From Paraspadella gotoi (Eukaryota > Animalia > Chaetognatha), in contig CM119265.1 in the NCBI GenBank assembly GCA_051294375.1, positions 3,832,465 through 3,849,994 of the forward strand: 17,530 bases of DNA. The letters are read 5' to 3'. The notes beneath the pieces are model-generated. The model saw only the letters and a list, made by a program, of their open reading frames with translations. It made no database searches and was not told where the DNA came from. Both the position numbers and the translations under genes were made by a program. Shown in pieces: positions 1 to 11,045 of the stretch. The first letter of the stretch is position 1. Every line of letters begins with the position of its first letter.

Positions 1-345
1 CTGCCGCTGCAGAGCCGCTTGCCGCCGCGTCTTGAGCAGAGGCACCAGCAAAATTATTCCAATATTTTTTTTGTCATTACAATTTTCAGTTAAAATATTC
101 GAAATTATAATTTAATTTTTAATAATCCGAAAAACTACCAAATAATAATACGACATAAGAAAATGATTATTTAAGAACCACAAAATAAAATTAAAAAAAA
201 AACAAATTTCAAAATAAATTATAACCAGGTAGTGATAAAAGTCACGCCCGCCCTCACGACTGTAACAGACTTTTTAGGTCCCTCAACTGTTCGCACTAAT
301 CGTAATTCTCTGTACCTGTCGGTCGGCGAACCCCATTTTACTGTA

Positions 346-384
<39 letters not shown>
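346..384 (+). repeat. (GTC)13 microsatellite
   Basis: Read directly. Confidence 0.95.
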
Positions 385-386
<2 letters not shown>

Positions 387-489
387 AGATGAAAAAAATA
401 TTTGTGGGAATGCGAATCGGAAAATCAGGTTGGGGTCATTTCAAATGAGGATCAATATTTTTCGAAAACTGTGACGCTTTGGGACTCAA

Positions 490-530
<41 letters not shown>
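490..530 (+). repeat. (GAC)13 microsatellite, inverted relative to 346-384
   Basis: Read directly. Confidence 0.95.
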
Positions 531-3530
531 TTATCATAATAATTTGATAAGATTTTTAGATGATACTTGCGAAAAATTAGTCAGAAACATAAGTAGTCAA
601 AAACATTAATTGTTAGAAACATTAGTTGTCAGTTTCTGCTTTTCGCACAACTAGTGGTCAAAAGAACACTGTTCTAAAAATAAATATTTTGTAATGTGTT
701 ATATAGTATAAGTTTCTAAAAACAAGATGGTATTTGAGATGGTAACGTATTTTTATATTTTAAACTTCCTCCTCTCTNNNNNNNNNNNNNNNNNNNNNNN
801 NNTCAAGACCTCCTTTCTTCATCTTTCATCTCTCGTCTCTCTCATCTCTTCAATCTCAATTGGCTTTCGCGGTACCTCCTATAGTCTCTATCGCACAACG
901 GCACAGTGGTCGCGTCAGTCTTTTCATTCTTCTCCTATTCGCGGCTTCATTTCTCCCCGAGTTTCGAACAAACAAGGAAGTTGAAGAAGATCGAGAGAAT
1001 GGAGGATTAAGTATGAATTGGAAGGAATGAATATAGAAATGAATTGTAGGATAGATATCAATTATCTGCCAGTGAAATTTCCAGAATAACTTCAAAATGA
1101 TCCCCGTTTTGACATCCTCGAAGTAGATTTACAAAGCGAGAGAGATGTTGATATAAATAGAATTCTTTATTATTTACGAATTAAAAATTTGGAAAAACTA
1201 AAAAAAAATCAAGCCCAAGATTTTAATAATGTACTTTAATACAGGTTTTAAAGTATGTCCGGTCAAACAACTCATTGTATAATTGAATAATCTAGTCCAG
1301 AATAACAAGGGAAATTACATATACGACAGCAAAACCACAGTCACAGCAACGACATAATCAACAGCAAAGACATCCGAGACATAGCAGTCCAAACCCCTGC
1401 GGCAGACGGAGAGAAGCAAGAATCGAAACGTTAGGATCCCTGGAACGATGTCTTGAGGCTTTTGAATGCTGCCAACGCGTCTAGTCGAAGAATGAGTACC
1501 ACTTGCGTGACTGAAGGATTTCCTGACGTGAGATTCACTTCGCAGACGAGTCGATATTCCGTACTTGCGTTCACCTGACGACGGCAGATGCTTGTTCGGT
1601 AGAGACAAATGCGGGGGAGTGGGGGGCGGCTTCCGTAGAGAGAAGGGGGTGGTGTAGCCTCCACGCTAGACATCCCCTATATGATTACGCTGCCTCATCA
1701 TCATTGCGCTAGTTGAACGATCTTCATCATTCTCTTATATCCTCCGAATTCGAAAAGCCAACGAAATTTTGCGAGGTCTTTCCTTCTGTTCATTGACGAC
1801 TGAATGCAATTATTTAATGAAATCGTTAATTTTTTAAACAATTTTTTTAATTTTCTCTTGATGCAAATATATACTTTTATATTTTATAATTGATAAGTAT
1901 GCGGTCAATCCATTGGATTAAATAACCAAGAAAAAGAACCGAATATGAATATCTTTCTGAAGATATTTTCTTCGTTTGCGTTCTAATTACATTTAACAAC
2001 AGATTTAACTTCTACTCTTTTTGTTTTGAAATTTTTCTTTCATAACATTTATAGCAAAACCTACAACTTTAACGAAAATTAATAAGTAAAAATTGCATCA
2101 TAATTTCCTCCTAAAGCTCTCTCACGTAACCTTCTCTTTCACTAGTTGGCATTGACGCTAATTTTTTAATACCATTTTTTATATATTTTATGCCAACCCC
2201 TGGAGGCACCTGATCTCTTCTTCGTCAATTCTTCTTCTCACTTGCAAAATTAACCGTTCTTTTCAATCAATCCTCCTCCTCTACATTCCCTTCAATTCTC
2301 ATGCTTCTTCCTACATCTCGTCTCTTTCTCTCTCTATCTCGGTCCCCTATTCAATTCACTCCGTATCTTAGCTTTCTCCCTACACCGATCAGAGAGAGAG
2401 ATTTCCAGAATTTTTCGGGCTTATTCTCAGAACTGGTGGATTTTCCGGCAAATCTTACTTGGCTCTGACTACAAATTGAGCGGTTTTTTTTCGTTTTTCT
2501 CCAATAAAGAAGGTCTCGCTGGTTCTGATCGTTACTCTGCGGTAAGGCAACGGACCGTCTCCCTCGGGCACCTCCAGTTACTAACTATTTCTAACAAAAA
2601 ATAGAAGCAGGGCGGATGAAAACCCCGTCCGTCTCGCATTTTTCTAAGCATTTACCATAAAGTAGAGTTACTGCGTGCGATGGGTACAACTGAAAGTGGA
2701 CCATGTCTCTGGATGATGGCAAATAATTTTTCTTCAAGTTTTATATTAAAATTTAAGTTATTGTACAATATAGAATTTAAAAAGTGAGATGGACTCCCCT
2801 GCTTTGCCGGCAGAAGTATTTAACAAAGATGAGTGTACTGCCCTGGCCCCGTAGTTCAAATCCCTGCTAATCTTTACATGGTAAAAAAGTTATTTTCTTG
2901 AATAACTTTTGAAAGAAAAAAGATCCAGCAACGGAAGGTGGGCATCTGGTTATGGTTTCGCAAAAACAGGGTTAAAGCCCTAAAATCGGATGAGGAGCAT
3001 CTTATTGGCCTCAGAAATAGGGAATTTTAATTTATAGGCTATGCAGCAACAGGTGACTGTCCTACATTCTACGGTCACATACTATTAGATAGGTACACAG
3101 CACCTCTTTTGTGGGTTTTTGAGGTTAAATATAGTTTCCCAGGTCCGATGTTTAAAAGTTTATGGCCATTCTCCCTTCTCTCTTACTCATTACCACAGTT
3201 TTTGCATTAAAAAATTTTCACTACATGAAGAGCGCATATGCTCCCAATTTTCTCTATTCTCCTTTCTCTTCTCTCTACATTGACTCAAATTCTACTCGGA
3301 ATCATAGCATCTAATCATTACCATTCTCTGTCTATCTTCATCCTCATCTTCAATTACATATTCTTCTCTTTCTTTCTCCTTTCTCTCATGTCATTTTAAT
3401 ACTTTTGCTCTGTACTTTTTGCGAGGGATCTTCGCCTCCTTTTCTTCAAACTCCCTGACTAATTTTTAAATGTTAATAGCAGGCAAGCAAAAACACGCCT
3501 GCCCGATTGACGCTTAGGAGCCCAGATGTC

Positions 3531-4610
3531 CTGCCGCTGCAGAGTGTACCCGCTTACCAGCTCGCGGCCTTGATCGTTCTTAGAAATGTACGCTTATTGA
3601 TAAAGGTAATAATTACAAAAGCTAGAATAATATAAATTATTAATCAAATATTTTTGTTTATTTTCATCTAGCTTTTACAATTTTTGAATGCTCCAAGATT
3701 TTAAATTGCAAGTGTCTCTTGCTGGATAAATAGTGATTCTCAAATTATTAATATTAATCTTGTCAATAATCTCTCGCGCGTGTCAACTACTCTAGTAGAA
3801 ATAAATACAAGTAAACATTATAGCGAGAATGATTTACTTTTAAGAATTTTTCCATTCTAATAATTTATAAAATTTACAAAAAAATTAAAACATTTTGTTC
3901 TATAATATCAGAAAAAAAAAAGACATTGTAACTTATAACCCAGGATCATTAGTCAATATAGTGCACGCCCGCCCTCACGGACTCGTAACATGACCTTTTT
4001 TAGATACCTTTCCAAACTTGTTTTCGTCAACTTAAAAAATTCAGTGTTATTAAATTTCTATGTACCTGTACGGTCGCCGAACACTCCATTTTATCTGTAA
4101 GTCCGTCGTTCGCGTCGTATTCGTTCGTTCAGTCGTCGTCGTCGTCGTCGTCGTCCTCCGGTTCTGAAGCAGATGCAAAAATCTTTGATGGGGAAATGCC
4201 AGTGAATCTGGAAATTGAAATCAGGTCTGGAAGGAATCTTTAGTGACATGAGGAAAATCAATATTTTTCCGAAAAACAGTAGTCAGACGCTTTGGGGACT
4301 CAGACTCGAGACGACGCACGTACGACGACGATCGATCTGTATTATCATAATAATTGATAAGATTTTGTTAGATTGTTTATCTTCCTCGAAAAAATTAGGT
4401 TCAGAAACATAAGTAGCAAAAGACCATTAATTTGTCAGTTTATCTTGCTTTTTTCGCAGCAAACTAGTGTACAAAGAATAAACTGTTCCAAAAATAAATA
4501 TTTTTGTAATGTGGTTATTATAGTATAAGTATTTCTAAAATCAAAAGATTGTCTTATTTTTGTAGAATAGTATACCGCGATTTTTTATATTTTTTAAATC
4601 TTACTCATTC
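3531..4610 (+). repeat. Indel-rich second copy of 1-777 (probable assembly artefact)
   Basis: Colinear anchors: ctgccgctgcagag (1/3531), cacgcccgccctcacg (243/3964), gacgctttggg(g)actca, gaaaaattag..tcagaaacataagtag, aaataaatattttt. Differences are scattered small indels. Confidence 0.85.
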
Positions 4611-5321
4611 CACCTTACTTCATCTCCTATACTAGTAACACCTCTTCCTTATCTCTATTTCATTTTTACTCTCATCTCTCCACTTTCTTCTCTCTTACTC
4701 ATTCTCTACATCGAAATCTACACACAATTCTTCCGTCCTGCTCGTCTCTCTCTCTATCTCCTTTCTTCTATCTCTCTTATGTCCCTAATACCCTCCCTCT
4801 TGCTCAGCTACTCTACCTAGCGTTGCTCCCTCTGTGCGCGTCTCTACTCTTCTCCTCTCTGCTCAACGGATGATTCAAAGAAAGGAATCTTGGTTTCTCC
4901 CTCATCTTTTTTCTTTTTCTCTCCGCCACCCCCCTCCTCTCTCTCTCTCTCTCTCTCTTTTCCCCCTTCTCTCACTCTCTTCACTCTCTCCCTCTCTCCC
5001 TCTGCGTCTCTCTCTCTCCCTCTCTCTCAACGATGATTCAAAGAAGAGTTTTGTTTCCCCCTCATCTTTCTCCCCCTCGGGTCCCTTTGCTTGTTTACAC
5101 GTGTATTTGTAATACAACGAGATGCTGATTCCAAATTAGTTCTCTCAACTCGTCATCATCATTGTCGTCGTCGTCGTTGCTGTTGTTGTTGTTGAGTCTT
5201 TGGCCAACGTCTAAAGTTGCTGTTGATGCTACAGATGCAACAGTTGGCGGTTCTTCTAATCTGTAGCAAATGTGAATGAACTTTGAGCGCATGCTATCAG
5301 TTAAAAAAATCACTCTCTCTT

Positions 5322-5324
<3 letters not shown>

Positions 5325-5367
<43 letters not shown>
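5325..5367 (+). repeat. (TC)n microsatellite, about 21 units
   Basis: Read directly. Confidence 0.95.
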
Positions 5368-5377
<10 letters not shown>

Positions 5378-8300
5378 GTTTTCTCTCCAAGTTTAAGAAA
5401 AGCTTTTCTCTCTGTCTCTGTCTGTTTGCCGCTACGTATTTCGAAAATATTTTTTGACGCAAAAGTTTTTACGTTTTTATTTATAATCAAAGTTTAAATT
5501 ATCTTTGATAATTTCATTTTCACTATCTTTCCATTTTTTACGGCTCNNNNNNNNNNNNNNNNNNNNNNNNNCAACCAAAGAAGAGAGATGTGAGAGAGAG
5601 AGACGAGAGAAGAAAGAGTAAGAGAGGAGTAGAGGGGGTGGGGGAGAGAGAAGTCAGTGGGAGAGCGAGAGAGGTGTAAGAGGAAAGCGAGACATAAATA
5701 TTAACACATAAGATCCTTAAAAGACCTCAAGATCATATGATTGTCTAATTACGTCATCTGATGGCGATGAATAGTCAATAACAGACAAACACAATATGCG
5801 TGTACTAAGTGATAAGAGAGAGAGAGGTTAGAGCAAGAGTAGATAAGAGAGAAAGACAAAGAAGAGTGGAGAGAGACGAAACGAGAGCGAGATAGAGAGA
5901 GAGAGAGAACGAAGAGAGAATTAAATCGCAAGACGAAAATCAATCCCGACGGATGAAAATGATGGGTACTTCGTTGTATTCGGAACAAAAAAGGCGAGGC
6001 GCGGAACTAATACATGAGCAATAAATAAAAGTTTCATTAGAACGGAAAAAAATAATGACGCAGCAAGATGTGTTCAAAAAACAGTAAACAACTGCAATCA
6101 CGGAGCAAAGAATCTGGAGCAGCATGACGGGACACGATCCAGTCGTTAACACAACAAGAGACGATCAGAGAAGACACCGAGAGAGAAGAGAGTATAAAAG
6201 AGAGAGAGACGAGACGACAGACTCCAGTGCCTGGCAAAAGGTAGAAAAAGAGAAAAGAGAAAGAGGCGAATCATAATATATGATTAAAAGAGAGTAGAGA
6301 AGAGAGAAGAAAGCGTTCTATGAACATCGCCACCTTTACTGGCATCGTTAAAAGAATCAGTAGTTACTTAAATGGGCGCCGTGCACGTAGCGTGAGCTAC
6401 CATTCTCCTACCCGCAAAGGACCCCAGCGGGGTTTCCCGCTAGCAGCCTGTTCGTGCACACAGCCACGATGGGAATTGTCTCGTTTTTTTTTTTTTACAC
6501 ATACGTATAGTATCGAACCCTATCAAGCGGTAACATCTCTACATTGATAGTCATAAACAAATTTTTTGTAAAAAAAATAAGATGAGCAGAGCAGGAGAGA
6601 GAAGAGGAGAGAGAGAAAAGAAGACTGGATCAGCACAGCTGGGACCAGTAGAAACAGAATAGGGGGAGCGCTGGCAGAGCGTACTCACGGAACATCATTT
6701 TGTTAGAAGAAGCTAGATGAGCGGAGGGAAATAACGGAAGGAAGGAAAGAATGAGAGAGAGCGACGCGATATAATCGTATAACGTGAACGGTCTTCTTAG
6801 TTATTGTCAAATAAATACATATAACAAATACCCAGATAAGTTCGATATGAAACATGGAGAATTTTTAACAGATAATCTTGATGATCGTTAGAAGCCATAT
6901 ACTGTGAAGCAATTCAAACGGACCGCGTCCCTCATACATATGATAACGTCAACACTTTCAGAAGCCATCGATTGCAACAAAAGCGAGAACGCGACAAAGC
7001 TCAAACCGAAAAAAATCTAGACAGTGACTGGCTTTGCCCGGCCTGGCTCGAATAATAGAGGATTCGGCGGAATTCATTTGTTTGTTATTGATTGAAATGT
7101 AGAACGAAAACATTTAATAACTGTCCTGACAACCTGAAAGCGCAGCTACCAAAATTCTTAGAGGACATCGGCATGAATGCGACACAGGGCTGCAAATATG
7201 TATAATTATATACATATAATCTATTAACATTCATTAATTAGCAATTAATTACAATCTATTAAAATTAATATATAATCAATTAAGTCTATTAGTTTAAAAT
7301 TAACTTAAGTGTATTAATTTAAATCAATTTACATTAATTGAATCATTATCAGTAATGGGGCAAGAAGAAATACAGATAGTCGGTCTGGATATTGCTTCGT
7401 CACAATTGTTTGCATATCAAGTACTTGGTTAAATTTCAAATTCTTATGTATCATATCACAAGTTTTAATTTTCTTTGATAATTTAATATTTCACTAAATC
7501 TTTTCATTTTTTTTAACGGCGCATCATTTTTTTATTATTCATCGCTTTTTTTCTTGTCATTAAACTCTCGTCGGCGATTATTAATGATTGTAATCAATCT
7601 TGCGTCATCATTCAATAAATATCGAATTAAACCCATTCGCGGCGTCGTGACTGTCGATCGATCGTCGATCAGTCGTTGCGTCGGTCAGACAAAGACAAGT
7701 AGTCGTAGTCCTTAATCTTCCGTCATCCAAAGACAAATCCCATCGAAGCGAAGAATTTCACTCATAAAGTTCCATACAATACACACTNNNNNNNNNNNNN
7801 NNNNNNNNNNNNNNNNNNNNNNNNNNNNNNNNNNNNNNNNNNNNNNNNNNNNNNNNNNNNNNNNNNNNNNNNNNNNNNNNNNNNNNNNNNNNNNNNNNNN
7901 NNNNNNNNNNNNNNNNNNNNNNNNNNNNNNNNNNNNNNNNNNNNNNNNNNNNNNNNNNNNNNNNNNNNNNNNNNNNNNNNNNNCTCTCTCTCCTTTTCGA
8001 CTCACTCTCTTGGATCTATAAAAATTCTTTAGATTTCATTTATTGATCTGCAAAATCTATTCTGCCAACGAAAATCTTCACATGTTTAGTAATTCGCTTC
8101 ACAAGAACTTTGCCGACGAAAAAAAAACCTCACAAACGATTCGTCGAGAAATCAAGTCACGTGACTTTGGGATGAAATGACGTAACCGCACTATGAGTCC
8201 ACGACAAGGGGAACGACGATGACGACGACGACGACGANNNNNNNNNNNNNNNNNNNNNNNNNNNNNNNNNNNNNNNNNNNNNNNNNNNNNNNNNNNNNNN

Positions 8301-10303
8301 NNNNNNNNNNNNNNNNNNNNNNNNNNNNNNNNNNNNNNNNNNNNNNNNNNNNNNNNNNNNNNNNNNNNNNNNNNNNNNNNNNNNNNNCTCTCTCTCTCTC
8401 TCTCTATCGGGATCCGATCCCATCTCCTCATTTATGGTTCCATTTTTGTCAAAAATTCCGTCGCCGATTCCAAAGGAATTTACAAGACATTTTTTCATTT
8501 AACATTATTTTTAATTAACTATCTTTTAATTAACTATCTTTTTTCTCGCTATCTTCCTTTCTCTCTTTCTTTTTCCTTAATGATTTTTTTTTCTATCACA
8601 CACTTCATTTTTATAAAACCACATGTCCCAAAATTCGAGTTAAAAAAAAATTTTTTCTCAAAAATCTTTCGATAGTCAACACAAAGTCTGCGAATGATCG
8701 ACCAATTTTTTGTTAATATTTAACAAAATACTATTTATTTTCAACAAAACTAAATGTAATTACGTAAACAAGTCGACCCCCGAGCTCTTTCTTTTTTCTT
8801 TTTTCTTTTTTCCTTTTTTTAAATTATTAACCCGTGAGACTTTGATTTTACCGGACAAAGTTCGGAAAGTCTTGGAAATTGAAAACAATCCAATTTGTTT
8901 GTTTACTTTTTTGTTTTTTTGTTGTTGTTCGTTAAAATTTGGTGGATCAGAAAGTAAAATCTTATGGAAATAAAAAGTGAAATGGAATCAGAATCGAAAT
9001 GGAACTGGAACTGGACCTCTTTTGTNNNNNNNNNNNNNNNNNNNNNNNNNNNNNNNNNNNNNNNNNNNNNNNNNNNNNNNNNNNNNNNNNNNNNNNNNNN
9101 NNNNNNNNNNNNNNNNNNNNNNNNNNNNNNNNNNNNNNNNNGAGAGAGAGAGAGAGAGAGAGGAACCCGTGAAAGCCGGTGGAACTTTCGATTGAAATAA
9201 TTCTTTTCACAAAATAATAAAAAAGGGGTGAATCGATTTTTTGACGGATTTTCACAACCTTTTAGCTTCATTGGCGTCTCACGCTTTCACCACCGATTTT
9301 TACATTGCGACTATGTGACGTCTTTTTTTTTGTGAACCGCGATTTACAATTTCTAATTAATAATTAACTTCAAACTTTTAAACCTGGAAACCGAAGAATT
9401 CCAATTTATTTAATTGTTGTCGTCATATTTATATTTTTTATTTGGCATCTTTCAATTTGTCAATTTCTCGGCGGACATTTGCAGTCAAAGCCCACTGTCT
9501 AGAGTCTAGAGTTTACGTACTTTACGTACTCTTTCGGTACGAAAAATGTGATTGTTCGATGTTCTACGTGAAATTACTTTTATGTATGTTTGTTTACATT
9601 TTGTATTTTTATGCGTCAGAGTTAGACTTAGAAAAATAATTAATCGTTATGTTTCTCTACTATTCTAATTTGTAGAAAATCAGAATGACAGCGTTAAAGA
9701 GTAACGACAGCTTCATTTTAAAAAAGAAATCACAGACTGAAAACTTTAAAAAATCATGATCCTAAAATTCCTCCGAAATTGAGTCGAGAGATCGTTTTGA
9801 CTCTGAACGTCTCATTCGCCTTCCGCTTTCAATCTTCAACATCAAAAACCTAAATTTGGATTTCAAAATGCGAAATTATGACGACTGACTTTCTTTTCAA
9901 AAAATGAATTACGAAATTCAAAATGAGGCTTACAACAGAAAGCATTCGGCAAAATAACAAATTCATGACTTTTGGATCCTTTTTTGCCAAAATTTGGGAA
10001 AATAATCTCTCTGGATTTTCGACGGGAATCGAAATAAAATTGGCAAAAGAAAAACAAACAAAAAAAAGACTAATAATAACAATGTCTGGTTAACTTAGTT
10101 TAAGTAACTAGTTTATTCTTTACCTTAAACTAGTTTTCCCAAAACCGAGCTTTTTTTTTTTTGTTAAACGCGCGGTTGCTATTCGAAATCCCTGACCGCA
10201 AATCAAAAAAAGTTTTAAATCCTCCAGACTTTAAATCGGAATCCTCTTTAAATCAAAACTGGTTTCACGATTTAGAAATTTAGAGATTTCGGGAATTCGG
10301 AAA

Positions 10304-10358
10304 ATGACGTTCGTCAACGCGGCGACTCCGAATCGGTTCATGGATCTCGTGTCAGTAG
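10304..10358 (+). CDS. ftz-f1: Candidate first coding exon of the NR5A gene (MTFVNAATPNRFMDLVSV plus one G)
   Basis: aaaATG at 10304 with a second in-frame ATG at 10340, locally GC-richer, ending in AG|GTAAAT (GT at 10359-10360). The leftover G joins CC at 11804-11805 to give GCC (Ala) in frame. No homology support is visible; this rests on splice signals and phase only. Confidence 0.5.
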
Positions 10359-10899
10359 GTAAATAAGGACGACGTCGACAGCTGCAGCCGCGGCGGCGGC
10401 GGCTGCTGATAGAAACCGGTTTATGTAATTCCAGTTTTAAAACGGGAGACTTGAAATTTGAAAAGATGAGAGAGTTTTCTTGGAACACGACGACCCTAAT
10501 TATGACGATGACGATTGTAACGACGACGCTGTCGAAAACAATGACACATATGACTGTGACAATTATGCAATGAACAAGTACAATATAAATCACAGAATAA
10601 TGAAGACGAATCGACGAAAAGTAGCACTCTCTGAACTACTTATATTAGAAGAAGTGCACACGAACCAAGTAAAAGTTTGAATCCTTGCTAGAGACAGAAA
10701 GAATGTTAGATCCTCTAAGACATAACCTCTAAAACAAGAGAGCATCAGATGCTTTCTTATCTTTATCCAAAACGAGGCCCTTTCTTAATGAAAAGCTAAA
10801 AGCATTTGTCGATGGCGAAGCGATATGGTTTGACTTTTTTTTTCTGCGTAGAAAGTAGGGACACAGTTTATTTATTGACAACAACAATTTATTTTAATG

Positions 10900-10948
10900 T
10901 AAGACGAACATGTTTCGGCTCTATGTTCGAGGCTTCATCAGCGTCGTA
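10900..10948 (-). ncRNA. Minimal type I hammerhead ribozyme motif
   Basis: The minus strand reads GACG-CUGAUGA-A-GCCUC-GAACAUA-GAGCC-GAAA-CAUG-UU^CGUC. Stem I is GACG/CGUC, the core boxes are CUGAUGA and GAAA, stem II has one C-C mismatch, and stem III is the palindrome ACAUGU. The NUH triplet is GUU, with the predicted cut between 10907 and 10906. Confidence 0.85.
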
Positions 10949-10991
10949 TGCTTTGAGAATTGTGCATAAATTTTTTTACAAAAGAAGGGGA

Positions 10992-10996
<5 letters not shown>

Positions 10997-11031
<35 letters not shown>

Positions 11032-11045
11032 GAGTGAGAGAGAGA
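10997..11045 (+). repeat. (GA)n microsatellite inside the Penelope-like insertion
   Basis: Read directly; interrupted twice by GT. Confidence 0.9.

Noticed and set aside
1315-1673. Overlapping minus-strand ORFs in a GC-richer patch, and a CTGACGA box near 1576
   Set aside because: Inside probable noisy read fill. There is no recognisable domain and no GAAA box completing a hammerhead.
7712-9271. ORFs containing X runs, also 727-984 and 15172-16028
   Set aside because: Open only because they read through N gaps.
8510-9530. Short tandem micro-duplications (taattaactatcttt twice, tctagag twice, tttacgtac twice)
   Set aside because: Ordinary slippage products with no spacer structure; not CRISPR-like.
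10090-10135. CTTAAACTAGT motif and small hairpin, also seen near 13888
   Set aside because: Short and AT-rich; not distinguishable from chance without a genome-wide count.
10480-10680. Asp-rich 66-aa ORF
   Set aside because: Derived from degenerate GAC/GAT repeats, with a non-ATG start and no recognisable domain.
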